Shown: positions 20,214 through 31,169 of the stretch, piece after piece
Position numbering within the stretch: position 1 is the stretch's first letter
Layout of the letters: every line of letters begins with the position of its first letter
Source of the DNA: an uncultured Chloroflexia bacterium
GTDB taxonomy: Bacteria; Chloroflexota; Limnocylindria; Limnocylindrales; CSP1-4
Direction: 5' to 3'
DNA: 64,000 nt
Assembly: GCA_963776355.1 (NCBI GenBank)
Contig: CAVZLU010000006.1
Coordinates: 946,575-1,010,574 of the forward strand
Notes under the pieces: generated by a model
Told to the model about the DNA's origin: nothing
The model's database searches: none
Seen by the model: only the letters and a program-made list of their open reading frames with translations
Made by a program: the position numbers and the translations under genes

Positions 20214-21788
20214 TCAGGCCGTGCCGGCGACCTCCGCACCTACGTCGGGAGTGTGCCCCATGCGAGCGGCCACGCGGAGCGCCGCGTCGCGTCCCCGCGA
20301 CACGCAGTCCGGCACGCCCACGCCGCGGAAGGCGGCGCCGGTGAGAATGATCTCCCGTCGGCCGGCCAGGGCCGCCTCCGCCGCCGCGACCCGGTCGAGG
20401 TGGCCCACGGTGTAGCGCGGCATGGCCTCGCGCCAGCGGGCCACGTGGCGCAGGATCGGGGTCCCGCCGATGCCCACGGTCCGGGCCAGGTCGGCGTGCA
20501 CGGCCGCCACGATCTCGTCGTCGGTGGCGTCGAGGATCCCGGCGGAGCGCTCGGGGAGGAATGCCCGCAGGAGGATCGTCCCGTCGGGCGCCCGCCCGGG
20601 CCATTTCGACGACGTGAACGTGCACGCACCGAAGCACAGGGGCTCGTCGCCGGCCACGAGGAACCCGTGCCCGACCAGCGGCTCCGCCAGCGCGTCGGCG
20701 CGGTATCCGAGGGTCACGACCCCGGTGGACCCGTGGGGGATGGTGCGGATGGCAGCCGCCGCGGCCGGGACCTCGTCGGCCAGCAGGGCCGCCGACACTC
20801 CGGCCGGGCCCGCGAGGACCACCGCCTCGGGCACCAGGCGGGACCCGTCGGAGAGGGTCACCGCGGTGCGCCGGCCGGCCCGCTCGAGGGCGACGACCCG
20901 GGTGCCAAGCCGGATCTCGGCCCCGGGCGCCGCCCGGACCGCCTCCGCCAGGGCGTCGATGAGGCTGCCCATGCCGCCGGCGAGGCTGAGGAACGGCGAG
21001 GCGGACGCACCGGAAGCGGCCGACGAACCGCCCGCGCCGCTCGTGCCGCCGGCACCGGACCCTGGCGTGGCCCGGGCGGCGCCGGTCGAGGCTGCGGCTC
21101 CGCCGCCTGGAGTGGCACCGCCGGCCGCGGGAGGGCGGCCGGCTGTGCCCGCGGCACCCGCACTCCCGCGCCTGCGCGCGCGCCCCTGCGCCAGGCTTGC
21201 CAGGAGCAGGCTCCTATGATCGCGCTCGAAGTCGCCCAGCTGGGGCAGCACGGCGAGCAGGCTCAGCTCGTCGATCGAGGCCCCGTAGATGCCGCCGATG
21301 AGGGGATCGGCCAGGCGGTCGACCATGGCCGAGCCGAGCCGGTGCCGCAGGAACGTGCCGATCGAGACGTCGGTCCCGTCGAGCGAGCGCGGCAGCACCA
21401 GGTCGAGCCCCGCCCGCAGCTTCTGGGGCCACGAGAAGAGCCGGGTGGTGACGAACGGCGCCATTCGCGTCGGCAGGACGAGCCCCATCCCGTCGGGCAT
21501 CGGGACCATCCGGCCGCGGGCGAGGATCCGGACGATGCGCGGGTCGGTGGTGCGGATGATCGCGTCGCCCAGGCCCAGCTCGCGGCTCAGCGCCGTGGCG
21601 GCCGGCCGGTAGGAGATGAACGAGTCCGGCCCGGCCTCCACGAGGAAGCCGTCGATGGTCTCCGTCCGGATCTTGCCGCCGAGGCGCTCGGTCGCCTCCA
21701 CCAGCAGGACGGGCACCCCGGCGCGCGTCAGCTCATACGCGGCCGCAAGTCCCGTGATCCCGCCCCCAACGACGAGCGCCCCGCCCAT
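20214..21788 (-). CDS. hemY: Coproporphyrinogen/protoporphyrinogen oxidase (HemY/CgoX)
   Basis: VGGGITGLAAA, LGGKIRT, EAGPDSF, LSLAGGM and GVGVPDC; contains a Gly/Ala-rich insertion. Confidence 0.92.
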   Translation of the reverse strand: MGGALVVGGGITGLAAAYELTRAGVPVLLVEATERLGGKIRTETIDGFLVEAGPDSFISYRPAATALSRELGLGDAIIRTTDPRIVRILARGRMVPMPDGMGLVLPTRMAPFVTTRLFSWPQKLRAGLDLVLPRSLDGTDVSIGTFLRHRLGSAMVDRLADPLIGGIYGASIDELSLLAVLPQLGDFERDHRSLLLASLAQGRARRRGSAGAAGTAGRPPAAGGATPGGGAAASTGAARATPGSGAGGTSGAGGSSAASGASASPFLSLAGGMGSLIDALAEAVRAAPGAEIRLGTRVVALERAGRRTAVTLSDGSRLVPEAVVLAGPAGVSAALLADEVPAAAAAIRTIPHGSTGVVTLGYRADALAEPLVGHGFLVAGDEPLCFGACTFTSSKWPGRAPDGTILLRAFLPERSAGILDATDDEIVAAVHADLARTVGIGGTPILRHVARWREAMPRYTVGHLDRVAAAEAALAGRREIILTGAAFRGVGVPDCVSRGRDAALRVAARMGHTPDVGAEVAGTA

Positions 21789-21804
21789 GCCCCCGGGTCG
21801 TGCC

Positions 21805-22998
21805 TCAGCTCGCGGCGGGGACGTATGGGCAGAGGGGGTCGGTCTCGAGGATGTCGCCGGTCCATGCGTAGGCCCGGGCCCGCGACCCACCGCAGCGCTC
21901 CACGAACGGGCAGATGCCGCAGCGGCCCTTGTACTGGGACGTGTCGCGGAGCGAGGTGAAGGTGGGGTGGTCGCGGTACAGGTCCACCAGGTCGTGGTCG
22001 CGGACGTTGCCGACCGGGACCGGCAGGAACCCCGACGGGAAGACCGTGCCGTCGTGGCTCACGAACATGATGCCGTTGCCGTCGCGGATGCCGAATCCGC
22101 GCCCGACCGACGTGCGGGCGATCTCGTCGGCCGTCATGCCCTCCGCCTCCATCGCCCTGATGGCGACCCGCCGGTAGTGGGTGGCCTCGGTGGTCTTGAT
22201 CTGGAAGCGCCCCTCCTTCGAGAGGCCGTACAGCCAGTGAGCGAGGCGCTCCGACTCGGCCGGCGTGATCTCCTGGAGGACCGTGCCGCGGCCGATCGAG
22301 ATCAGGAAGAAGAGGCTCCAGCGGAGGATCCCCATCGTGCTCACGGTGTCGTAGATCGCGGGCAGGTCGTCGAGGGTCTTGTCGGTGACCAGGGTGTTCA
22401 CCTGGATCGGGAGGCCCACCTCGTGGGCCCAGTCCGCGGCCCGCATCGTCATCGCGAACGTGCCGTCCACGCCGCGCAGCCCGTCGTGGCGCTCGGGGTC
22501 GGAACCGTCGAGGCTCAACGAGATCGTCTGGATGCCGGCGTCACGGAGCGAGGCCAGGCGCTCCTTCGTGAGGTCCGGGGTGACCGCGGGGGCCAGCGAG
22601 GCGCCGATCCCGCGTTCGGTGGCGGCCCGCACGAGCTCCTCCAGGTCCGGTCGCCGCAGGGGGTCGCCGCCGGTGAACACGACGTGGGGCAGGGGATCGC
22701 CGAAGCCCAGGATCCGGTCGAGGAGCGTGCGGCCCTCGTCCGTCGTGAGCTCGAGGGGGCTGCGCTCGGGCTCGGCGGTCGCCCGGCAGTGGCGGCAGGC
22801 GAGCCCGCAGGCCAGCGTGGTCTCCCAGTAGACGAGCATCGGGGCCCGGTCGTACACGAGGCCCCGGGGCTTGACGGCGCCGACCCCCGGAAGCGCCCCG
22901 GGATGCCCCGGAATCGCCCCGGGATGCCCGCCGGGATGGCCCGCGCGGCGGACGGCCGCGCCTGTCGGGACGCTCGGGGGACGCTGCGTATCGACCAT
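21805..22998 (-). CDS. Radical SAM/SPASM protein, NirJ/AhbD-related (TIGR04053-like)
   Basis: YWETTLACGLACRHC, FTGGDPL, GIRDGNG and SPASM-type CGICPFVERCGGSRARAY...DPLCPY; lies inside the hem operon. Confidence 0.88.
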   Translation of the reverse strand: MVDTQRPPSVPTGAAVRRAGHPGGHPGAIPGHPGALPGVGAVKPRGLVYDRAPMLVYWETTLACGLACRHCRATAEPERSPLELTTDEGRTLLDRILGFGDPLPHVVFTGGDPLRRPDLEELVRAATERGIGASLAPAVTPDLTKERLASLRDAGIQTISLSLDGSDPERHDGLRGVDGTFAMTMRAADWAHEVGLPIQVNTLVTDKTLDDLPAIYDTVSTMGILRWSLFFLISIGRGTVLQEITPAESERLAHWLYGLSKEGRFQIKTTEATHYRRVAIRAMEAEGMTADEIARTSVGRGFGIRDGNGIMFVSHDGTVFPSGFLPVPVGNVRDHDLVDLYRDHPTFTSLRDTSQYKGRCGICPFVERCGGSRARAYAWTGDILETDPLCPYVPAAS

Positions 22999-23020
22999 GG
23001 GGGTTCGTCCTCTCGTGGGG

Positions 23021-23954
23021 TCAGTGCGTCATCGCTTGCGCTGCCGGGAGCGCGGCCTCGGCGAGGTCCGCGAGGCCGGCGACGAAGGTCGGGTCGGTGT
23101 TCATCGAGCGTGCGCGCTCCAGCCGGACGCCGACGTCGCGGGCGACCGCCTGGGCCTCGATGTCGATGTCGTACAGCACCTCGAGGTGGTCGGCAACGAA
23201 GCCGACGGGGCGGATCACCAGCTCCCGGAGCCCCTCGCCGGCGAGGCGGCGGATCTCGTCGAGGATGTCCGGTCCGAGCCACGGCTCCCCGGTGCGACCG
23301 GCGCTCTGGAAGGCGAAGTCGTAGGTCTGCCAGGCCGAGCCGTGCGGCGACCAGGGCGGCGGTCCCGGCGAGCTCATCCGCATACGTGTCGCCCTCGGCG
23401 ACGACCCGGGCCGGCAGGCTGTGGGCCGTGAACATCACGCGGACGCTCTCCGGGTCGGGGAAGCGGCGGCGCGCCTCGGCGGTGGTCTCGCTGAGCGCTT
23501 CGATGAAGCGCGGCTGGTCGTACCAGGAGTCGACGAAGATGACCTCGGGAGCCCCGGCGCTCAGGCCGGCGACGCCGGCTTCGACGGCGCGGCGATAGCC
23601 GGCCGCGTTCGAGGAGCGCTGCGGGGCGAGGGCGATGGCAACGAACCGCTGGACGCCATCGGCCGCCATGCGCTCGACGACCGCGCCGATCCTCGGCTCG
23701 ATGTGCCGCATGCCGGCATAGACGGGGGCCGCGCGGCCCCGCCTGGCGAGCTCGGCCTCGACGGCCGCCCGCTGCTCCTCGACGATCCGGGAGAGGGGCG
23801 AGCCGCCCCCGATCGCCCGGTAGCGGTCGACGAGCTCGGCCAGAAGGTGTGGCGGGGGAGGGCTGCCGCGACGGATGTCGGTGTAGTAGGCCTCCACCTG
23901 GTCCAGCCGGTCGGGGCTGCCGTAGGCCATGAGGAGGACGGCGTCGACAGTCAT
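23021..23954 (-). CDS. hemH: Ferrochelatase, probably coproporphyrin ferrochelatase (frameshift near 23325)
   Basis: LLMAYGSP, YAGMRH and FTAHSLP, then FQSAG, WLGP and GFVADHLEVLYDID in a second frame. Confidence 0.92.
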
Positions 23955-25033
23955 GCGTGATCGGTCCGGGGGACATGGGCGTGGACGAGGTCCACGAGGC
24001 GTGCCAGCGCGTCCGGGTCGGTACCGGGGAGGACGCCGTGCCCGAGGTTGAAGACATGACCGGACCGGCCGGCGGCGCGATCCAGGATGGCGACCGCGCC
24101 ATCCGCCACCGCCGCGAAAGGGCCGAGGAGGAGCGCGGGGTCGAGGTTGCCCTGCACCCCGCGGTCGCCCACGAGGGCCCAGCCCTCGGCGAGGTCGATC
24201 CGCCAGTCGAGGCCGATGACGTCCCCGCCGGCGGCGGCCTGCTGGCGCAGGATCCCGGCCGTCCCGACCCCGAAGTGGATCGCGGGTACGCCGAGGGCTC
24301 GGACCGCGGCGAAGATGCGGGCCATCCAGGGCGCGACACACCATTCGTAGTCGCGCGGCGAGAGGCCGCCGACCCACGAGTCGAACAGCTGGACGGCCTG
24401 CGCCCCGGCCTCGACCTGGGCGCCGAGGTAGCGGATCGTCATCTCGGTGAGGGCATCCATCAGGGCCGCCCACGCCGCCGGCTCGGCATGCATGAACGTC
24501 TTGGTGCGCAGGAAGTCCCGCGACGGCCCGCCCTCGACCAGGTAGCAGGCGAGCGTGAACGGTGCGCCGGCGAAGCCGATCAGCGGAACGGGCGACTCAT
24601 GGTTGATGAGCCCGATGGCATCGAGCAGGGGCGCCACCGCCTCGCGCGGCTCGAACGGCCGAAGTCTGGCCACGTCCTGCAACGAGCCGAGCGGGGTGGC
24701 CACCACCGGGCCGCGGCCCTCCACGATCTCGAAGTCGACGCCAAGGCCGGCGAGCGGCGTCGTGATGTCGGCGAAGAGGATGGCCGCGTCCACGCCCAGG
24801 CGGCGGACGGGCTGCAGGGTGACCTCCGCGCAGAGCGCGGCGTCGCGGGTGATCTCGACGAGCGTGGCCCGCTCGCGCACGGCCCGGTACTCGGGCAGCG
24901 CCCGCCCGGCCTGGCGCATGAACCAGACCGGGGTGACGTCGACCGCCTTGCGCCGGCAGGCGCGCAGGAATCGCGTCGCCCGTGGATCGGGGACCGGGAT
25001 CACGCCCGTTGGGACAGGCATCAGGGTCGTCAC
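23951..25033 (-). CDS. hemE: Uroporphyrinogen decarboxylase
   Basis: PVWFMRQAGRALPEY, AILFADI, GFAGAPFT and QGNLDP...FNLGHG. Confidence 0.96.
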   Translation of the reverse strand: MTTLMPVPTGVIPVPDPRATRFLRACRRKAVDVTPVWFMRQAGRALPEYRAVRERATLVEITRDAALCAEVTLQPVRRLGVDAAILFADITTPLAGLGVDFEIVEGRGPVVATPLGSLQDVARLRPFEPREAVAPLLDAIGLINHESPVPLIGFAGAPFTLACYLVEGGPSRDFLRTKTFMHAEPAAWAALMDALTEMTIRYLGAQVEAGAQAVQLFDSWVGGLSPRDYEWCVAPWMARIFAAVRALGVPAIHFGVGTAGILRQQAAAGGDVIGLDWRIDLAEGWALVGDRGVQGNLDPALLLGPFAAVADGAVAILDRAAGRSGHVFNLGHGVLPGTDPDALARLVDLVHAHVPRTDHA

Positions 25034-26358
25034 AGCGCTCCCTCCGCGACGGCATCGAAGGCTGCGGCCGCCGCGACGAGGGTCTCCTGGATCTCCGCCG
25101 GCCCATGGGCCAGGGAGACGAACCAGGCTTCGAACTGGGACGGCGCGAGGAGCACCCCGGCATCGAGCATCGCCCCGAAGAAGCGGGCGTACGCGGCCCG
25201 GTCGGACGTGAACGCCTCCTCGGCCGTCGCCGGGGCGCCGGCGCGGAAGAAGACCGTGAGCAGCGAGCCGACGCGGGTGATCCCCACGGTCGCCCCGGCC
25301 GTCGCGGCGGCCGAACGCAGCCCCGCCTCGAGGTGGGCGCTCGTGGCCTCCAGCTCGTCGTACCGTTCCGCCGTCAGCAGGCGGAGGGTCGCCGTCCCGG
25401 CGGCCATGGCCAGCGGGTGGCCCGAGAGCGTGCCGGCCTGGTAGACCGGCCCGGCGGGCGCGACCAGGCCCATGAGGTCTTCCCGCCCGCCGTACGCGCC
25501 CACCGGCATGCCCCCGCCCACGATCTTGCCGAGCACCGTGAGATCGGGCCGGACGCGGAACCGCCCCTGGGCGCCGCCCGGGGCGACCCGGAACCCGGTG
25601 ATGACCTCGTCGAAGATGAGGAGCGCGCCGGCGGCAGCGGTCAGCTCGCGGAGGCGCTCCAGGAACCCTTCCGCGGGCGGCAGGACGCCGGCGTTGGCCG
25701 CGACCGGCTCGACGATGACGGCGGCGATCCGGCCGGGGTGGGCAGCGAAGGCTGCCGCGACCGCGTCCGGGTCGTTGTAGGGGGCGACGATCGTGGCCGC
25801 GGCGGTGGCCGCCGGGACGCCGGCGCTTCCCGGGATCGCGAGCGTCGCCACGCCCGAGCCCGCCTCCACGAGCAGGCCGTCGCTGTGGCCGTGGTAGCCG
25901 CCGCTGAACTTGACCACGAGGTCGCGACCGGTGGCTCCGCGGGCCAGGCGGACGGCGCTCATCGCGGCCTCCGTGCCCGACGACGTGAACCGCATCCGCT
26001 CCATCGAGGGCATCGCCGCCCGGACCAGCTCGCCCAGCTCCACTTCGCCCGGCGACGTCGCGCCGAGGGCGAAGCCGTCGAGGGCGGCCCTGCGGACGGC
26101 CTCGACCACCGCCGGGTGCGCGTGTCCGAGGATCGCGGGGCCCCACGCGCCGATGTAGTCGAGGTACCAGCGGCCGTCGGCGTCGCGAACGCGGGGGCCG
26201 GCCCCGGCGTCGAGGACGAGGGGAGTGCGCCCGACGGCGCGGAACGCCCGCACGGGGCTGTTGACGCCGCCGGGGAAGAGGTCCTCGGCGCGGGCGCGGA
26301 GCCCGGCCATCCGGCCCGAGTCGGCGATCCCGGCCGCTTTCTGTGCGGCGGAGATCAT
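25030..26358 (-). CDS. hemL: Glutamate-1-semialdehyde 2,1-aminomutase
   Basis: [39 protein letters not shown] and QAGTLSG. Confidence 0.96.
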   Translation of the reverse strand: MISAAQKAAGIADSGRMAGLRARAEDLFPGGVNSPVRAFRAVGRTPLVLDAGAGPRVRDADGRWYLDYIGAWGPAILGHAHPAVVEAVRRAALDGFALGATSPGEVELGELVRAAMPSMERMRFTSSGTEAAMSAVRLARGATGRDLVVKFSGGYHGHSDGLLVEAGSGVATLAIPGSAGVPAATAAATIVAPYNDPDAVAAAFAAHPGRIAAVIVEPVAANAGVLPPAEGFLERLRELTAAAGALLIFDEVITGFRVAPGGAQGRFRVRPDLTVLGKIVGGGMPVGAYGGREDLMGLVAPAGPVYQAGTLSGHPLAMAAGTATLRLLTAERYDELEATSAHLEAGLRSAAATAGATVGITRVGSLLTVFFRAGAPATAEEAFTSDRAAYARFFGAMLDAGVLLAPSQFEAWFVSLAHGPAEIQETLVAAAAAFDAVAEGAL

Positions 26359-27401
26359 CGGTTCTCCTCCCGGAGCCACGTCGCGATGTCCGCCGCGGCA
26401 TAGGTGATGACGAACGAGGCGCCGGCGCGCACGATCGAGGTGAGTGCCTCCAGCTGGGTCCGGCGGCCGTCGATCCAGCCCCGCTCGGCCGCGGCCGCGA
26501 TCTGGGCGTACTCGCCGCTCACCTGGTAGGCGCCGATCGGCAGGTCGAACCGCTCGCGGGCGAGGGCGAGGATGTCGAGCGACGGCAGGGCCGGCTTGAC
26601 GAGCAGCATGTCGGCGCCCTCCGCGACATCGGCCTCCATCTCGCGCATGGCCTCGCGGGCGTTCGCCGGATCCATCTGGTAGCCGCGCCGGTCGCCGAAG
26701 GCAGGCGCGGAGTCGGCTGCCTCGCGGAACGGCCCGTAGAACGCCGATGCGGTCTTGGCCGCGTAGGCCAGGATCGGGACCTCCGCATGGCCGGCACCGT
26801 CGAGCCCGGCCCGGATCGCGGCCACCTGGCCGTCCATCATCGCGCTCGGCGCCACGACGTCGGCCCCGGCCTCCGCCTGCGAGGCGGCCGTCTCGGCGAG
26901 GAGCCGGATGGCGGCGTCATTGTCGACCCGGCCGTCCGTGGTGAGCGGGCCGCAATGACCGTGGTCGGTGTACTCGCAGAGGCACGTGTCGGCGATGACC
27001 ACCAGGTCGAGGTCCTCGTCGCGCAGGGCCCGGACCGTCTCCTGCACGATGCCATTGGCGATCCACGCCCCCGATCCGAGCGGATCCTTGGCCGCGGGCA
27101 GCCCGAACACGATCACCCCGCCCACGCCGAGGGAGGCCAGCCCGCGAGCCTCGACGACCGCCTCGTCAGGGGTCAGCCGGAACTGGCCCGGCAGCGAGGA
27201 GATCGGCGTCCGGCCCCCGTGCCCGGGCACGACGAAGAGCGGGGCGACGAGCATGGCCGGGTGCAGGCGCGTCTCCCGGACCAGGGCCCGGAGAGCGGGG
27301 GTTCGGCGCGTGCGGCGGAGGCGGTGTCCGGCCGCGGGCACCGGGATTCCGGTGCCGGCGATCGCGGGGAGGGACGGCGCGGGGTTGAGCACGGAGGTCA
27401 T
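26355..27401 (-). CDS. hemB: Porphobilinogen synthase, Zn-type
   Basis: [35 protein letters not shown] and YQVSGEY. Confidence 0.96.
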   Translation of the reverse strand: MTSVLNPAPSLPAIAGTGIPVPAAGHRLRRTRRTPALRALVRETRLHPAMLVAPLFVVPGHGGRTPISSLPGQFRLTPDEAVVEARGLASLGVGGVIVFGLPAAKDPLGSGAWIANGIVQETVRALRDEDLDLVVIADTCLCEYTDHGHCGPLTTDGRVDNDAAIRLLAETAASQAEAGADVVAPSAMMDGQVAAIRAGLDGAGHAEVPILAYAAKTASAFYGPFREAADSAPAFGDRRGYQMDPANAREAMREMEADVAEGADMLLVKPALPSLDILALARERFDLPIGAYQVSGEYAQIAAAAERGWIDGRRTQLEALTSIVRAGASFVITYAAADIATWLREENR

Positions 27402-29224
27402 CGAGGTTCCTCGTTGGCGGGCGCGGTGACGGCGTCGGTCGGGATCGGGCTGGACGAGAGGACCGCCTCCACGACATCCGCGAGCGCGGCCGGCGACGGC
27501 GCCGCCGCCTCGGCCACTCGGGTGAAGCCGGCCGCGCGCGCTGCCGCGGCCGTGGTCGGCCCGATGCAGCAGGCGGGCGTGGCGAGCGCGGCCCGGCGCT
27601 CGGCCGGAGCGAGCAGCGCGAGCAGGCCGCGGACGGTCGACCCACTGGTGAACACGATCGCGTCCACGCCGCCGGCGAAGGCCGCCCGCAGCGGCCGCCG
27701 GGCGGCCTCGGGCGCTTCGACGGTGTGGTAGGCGACGACCTCCTCCACGGCGGCGCCGCGCGCGCGCAGCCGCGCCGGCAGCGTGCCGTCGGCGGCATCG
27801 GCGCGGGCCAGCAGGACGCGGCTGTCGGCCGCGAGCGGGAGGGACTCGGCAAGAGCCGCGCCGGTAGCGGAGCTCGGCTGGAAGACGGCCGTCGCGCCAC
27901 GCTCGGTGAGTGCCTCGGCCGTGGCCGCCCCGACCGCCGCGAAGCGGGCCGCGGCGAACGGGCCGCGGGTGCGCGATGCCGCCGCCGCGACCGCGGCGGC
28001 GCCCGCCGCGCTGGTCACGACGACCCAGGAGAAGGCGGACAGGTCGCCGGCGGCGGCATCGAGCGGGCCGCCGGGAAGGATCGGACGAATCTCGATCGTG
28101 GGCACGACGAGCGCCACGAAGCCGCGGGCGTCCAGCGCCTCCGCGAGCGCGCCCGGTGCGCCTGGTTCGCGGGTGACGAGCACCCGCGGCGCACCGCCGC
28201 GAGGCCCCGGCGGGGTGTCGCCGCCGTTGACGGCGAGGGCCGCGGCAAGGGCCGCGGCAAGCTCGGCCGCCAGGTCGGCGGCGAGGGCGAGGCGGTCGGC
28301 AAGCGGGCCGCGCCGCTCGCCCCGGGCCACGAACGGTGCCGGCAGCGACGGCTCGGACGCGCCCGTGAACGTGGTGCCCGGGGCCTCGGCCGCGAGCGTC
28401 GGCGGGGCGTCACCCTCGGGGACCGCCCCCTCGGAGGCCACGGCCGCGTGGATGACGATCTCCTCCCCAACGACCGTCGCCAGCGCACCCAGCGGGGCGC
28501 GACATCCACCCCCGCTCGCGCGCAGGAAGGCCCGCTCCGTCTCCACGGCCGCCCGCGTGTGCGGGTCGTCGAGCCGGGCGACGAGCGGTCGCGCGACCGG
28601 ATCGTCGGCCCGGACCTCGATGGCGAGGGCCCCCTGGCCGGGGGCGGGCAGGGCCACATCGCCGGCGAGCGGCTCGGTCACCCGGCCCGCGAGGCCCAGG
28701 CGGATGAGCCCCGCCGAGGCGAGCACGAGGGCGTCCGCCTCGCCGGCGGCGAGCTTGCGGAGCCGGGTGTCGACGTTGCCGTGGAGCGGACGCGTGCGGA
28801 GGTCGGGCCGCCGGGCGCGCAGGAAGGCGACGCGACGGGGGCTGTCGGTCCCGACGACGGAGCCGGCCGGCAGCGTGGCCAGCGTCTGGCCCGGCACCCG
28901 GCAGATGAGCGCGTCCCGCGGATCCTCGCGCGGCGGGTAGGCCGCGATGGCCAGGCGCGGATCACCGGCGATGGGGACGTCCTTGGCGCTGTGGACGGCC
29001 ACGTCGACGCGTCCCTCGAGGAGGGCCTTCTCGAGCGCCACCACGAAGGCGCCCTCGCCCCACACCGTGTTGGGGGGCCGTTCGTCGCCGGCGGTGCGGA
29101 TGATGACCATGTCCACGTCCGCGCCGAGGGCGCGCAAGGCGTCCGCGACCATCCCGGACTGGGCGAGCGCGAGCGCGCTGCCGCGCGTCCCGAGGCGGAG
29201 GGCAGGGCCGCCGGGCGCCGTCAT
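27398..29224 (-). CDS. hemC: Fused hydroxymethylbilane synthase / uroporphyrinogen-III synthase (HemC-HemD)
   Basis: [32 protein letters not shown] and GGCRAP, followed in frame by [28 protein letters not shown] and CIGPTT. Confidence 0.93.
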   Translation of the reverse strand: MTAPGGPALRLGTRGSALALAQSGMVADALRALGADVDMVIIRTAGDERPPNTVWGEGAFVVALEKALLEGRVDVAVHSAKDVPIAGDPRLAIAAYPPREDPRDALICRVPGQTLATLPAGSVVGTDSPRRVAFLRARRPDLRTRPLHGNVDTRLRKLAAGEADALVLASAGLIRLGLAGRVTEPLAGDVALPAPGQGALAIEVRADDPVARPLVARLDDPHTRAAVETERAFLRASGGGCRAPLGALATVVGEEIVIHAAVASEGAVPEGDAPPTLAAEAPGTTFTGASEPSLPAPFVARGERRGPLADRLALAADLAAELAAALAAALAVNGGDTPPGPRGGAPRVLVTREPGAPGALAEALDARGFVALVVPTIEIRPILPGGPLDAAAGDLSAFSWVVVTSAAGAAAVAAAASRTRGPFAAARFAAVGAATAEALTERGATAVFQPSSATGAALAESLPLAADSRVLLARADAADGTLPARLRARGAAVEEVVAYHTVEAPEAARRPLRAAFAGGVDAIVFTSGSTVRGLLALLAPAERRAALATPACCIGPTTAAAARAAGFTRVAEAAAPSPAALADVVEAVLSSSPIPTDAVTAPANEEPR

Positions 29225-29227
29225 CGC

Positions 29228-30424
29228 TCAGATCCCGAACAGGTCGCGGGCAGCGTGCTCGAGCGACCCGGCATCGTCGTCGTGGAGGGCGGCCAGCGGT
29301 GCGTGGAGGATCGCTGCCACGAGGCGATGCGTCATCTGCTCCACCACGGCCCGCTCGTCGGCCTCGAGGTCGGGAAGGCGGTGGAGGAGCCACTCGACCT
29401 CGGCCCGGCGAAGGCCTTCGGCGCCGTCGGCGACGGCCTGGATGACCGGCACCATGTTGCGACCGCGAAGCCAGGCGCAGTACTCGCGTCCGGTCTCCGA
29501 GACGAGCTTCTCCAGGCGCCGGCGGAGCCGGTCCTGGGGCTCGAGCTCGGGTCCGACCGTCAGGTCGTCGACCGATGTGTGGCGCGCGCCGAGCGCAGCC
29601 CGGAGGTCCGCCGGCACCGAGGGCGGCGACGACAGGTCGACAATCTCCGCTGGCGACGCGGCGAGGGCGGCAGCGTCCGACGGCCCGGGTCGCCACGGCC
29701 CCGCAAGGGCGACCACGGCACCGGCGACGGGCGGCAGCACGCCGTCGTGACCGAACGGCACCCAATCGCCCCCGACCTCGCCGGCCAGCGCCGCCGCCGC
29801 CGCGTCCGTCCGGTTCGTCACCAGGACGCGGGCGCCGCGGCGATGAGCGGCAAACGCCGCCAGGCGGCCCATGCGGCCCACGCCGGCGACGAGGACCGTC
29901 CGGCCTTCCAGTGGTCCGACCGTCCGGGCGATGTGGTCGAGGGCGACGTCCGCGAGCGAGCGCGGCGAGCCGTCGAACCAGGTGTGGGCCCGGCGCCCGG
30001 CCCGCAGCGCCGCCTGGAACAGGCGATCGAGCACGGGATCGAGGGGCGCGGTCCCCCGGCGCTCGGCGAGGCAGGTGCGAAGCTGATGGAGGATCTGGTC
30101 CTCGCCGAAGACGGCGCTGTCGAGCCCGCAGGCCACCGTTACGAGGTGGCCGACCGCCTCGGCGTCGGCCATGTGCTCCGCCCCGGCGGGGACCGGCGGG
30201 AGGGCGGGAGTGCCGCGCGTGCCCGGAGCGAGGTAGACCTCGACCCGGTGGCACGTGTGGACGACGATCCGTCGCTCGTCGATGGGCATGGCCGCAAGGG
30301 CCTCGGCGAACGCCTCGCGGGTCAGGCTGGGAACCGACCGCGCATGGAGGACGACGGCCGAGATGGTCGGGTGTCCCGAGGCGACGGCGGGGATCGTGTC
30401 GGCCCGGGCTGTGATGACGGTCAT
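29228..30424 (-). CDS. hemA: Glutamyl-tRNA reductase (divergent)
   Basis: TCHRVEVY, GLDSAVFGEDQI, VAGVGRMG and C-terminal dimerisation helices; first gene of the hem operon. Confidence 0.85.
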   Translation of the reverse strand: MTVITARADTIPAVASGHPTISAVVLHARSVPSLTREAFAEALAAMPIDERRIVVHTCHRVEVYLAPGTRGTPALPPVPAGAEHMADAEAVGHLVTVACGLDSAVFGEDQILHQLRTCLAERRGTAPLDPVLDRLFQAALRAGRRAHTWFDGSPRSLADVALDHIARTVGPLEGRTVLVAGVGRMGRLAAFAAHRRGARVLVTNRTDAAAAALAGEVGGDWVPFGHDGVLPPVAGAVVALAGPWRPGPSDAAALAASPAEIVDLSSPPSVPADLRAALGARHTSVDDLTVGPELEPQDRLRRRLEKLVSETGREYCAWLRGRNMVPVIQAVADGAEGLRRAEVEWLLHRLPDLEADERAVVEQMTHRLVAAILHAPLAALHDDDAGSLEHAARDLFGI

Positions 30425-31116
30425 TGGTGGGCTTCCTCGCCCCGTGTTCGCGGGGAACGCGGTGTCATGGCCTGCTCGTAGCCCTCGAGGGTCGCATCGA
30501 GCAGGCGATCGATGGCCTCGGCGGAGGCGCCGAGCAGGGCGGCGGTCCCGTCCGCGTCGAGCTGCCGGCGGCGGGCGACCGCGGCCATCTCGTCGACGAA
30601 GGGGCGTCGGAACTGGAGGAAGGTGGCCACGACCTGGCGCATCGAGGCGCCGAGCGACCCGGCGATGCGTCCGTAATCGCGCGCGGCATCGATCCCGGTC
30701 GTCAGCGCCGAGATCCGCTCGCGCTCGCCGGATGTCTCGATGAAGCCGATGAGGGACGCCGCGATGACGCGGCCGTGGTCGCGCAGGCTCGCCCGCGCGG
30801 ACTCGGGCACCGAGCCCAGCCAGGGAGCGGCGGCGGCCCGACCCCCCGCGTTCATCCGGTACCTGGCCGTGATGCCGTCGGTCGTTGCGCTGAGGCCCGC
30901 GAGATCGGGCCGTGACGATGGCGACCCGGGGAGTCGCGCGGCGATCGCGGCCCGGGAGAAGCGCCGATGGCCGCCGGGCGTCGTGAAGGTGGAGATCTCG
31001 CCGGCCTCGGCCCAGCGGCGGAGGGTCGCCGGAGCGACGCCGAGCATCGAGCTCGCCTCGCGAATGGAGATCCAGTCCGCCGCGGCCGGACCGCGCGCGA
31101 CGCGCCCCGTGCTCAC
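30421..31116 (-). CDS. BldC/excisionase-type MerR HTH fused to an all-helical putative sensor domain
   Basis: ISIREASSMLGVAPATLRRWAEAGEISTFTTPGGHRRF; C-terminal DYGRIAGSLGASMRQVVATF resembles RsbRD-N/globin-like folds; its stop overlaps the hemA start. Confidence 0.8.
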   Translation of the reverse strand: MSTGRVARGPAAADWISIREASSMLGVAPATLRRWAEAGEISTFTTPGGHRRFSRAAIAARLPGSPSSRPDLAGLSATTDGITARYRMNAGGRAAAAPWLGSVPESARASLRDHGRVIAASLIGFIETSGERERISALTTGIDAARDYGRIAGSLGASMRQVVATFLQFRRPFVDEMAAVARRRQLDADGTAALLGASAEAIDRLLDATLEGYEQAMTPRSPRTRGEEAHQ

Positions 31117-31132
31117 CGCCGGACCGCCGGCT

Positions 31133-31169
31133 GCTCGTAACGCTCGAACCTGCTCAATTCGCTCATATC
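31133..31169. repeat. Four phased GCTC(G/A) direct repeats
   Basis: GCTC at 31133, 31142, 31152 and 31161 (spacing 9, 10, 9) in an AT-enriched patch just upstream of the regulator start. Confidence 0.65.

Noticed and set aside
20990-21180. Gly/Ala-rich insertion in HemY as an intein or mobile insertion
   Set aside because: It is about 55 low-complexity residues with no splicing motifs, most likely a surface loop.
22880-22945. Short CCGGGATGCC repeats as a possible CRISPR or mobile repeat
   Set aside because: They are in-frame GHPG repeats in the radical SAM N-terminal tail, with no spacer structure.
27725-30481. Long antisense Arg/Gly/Pro-rich ORFs, here and throughout the window
   Set aside because: These are shadow ORFs opposite well-supported genes, as expected at this GC content, and have no motifs.
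30421-31116. Excisionase marking a prophage or integrative element
   Set aside because: No integrase, att site or phage gene is nearby, and the gene is coupled to hemA.
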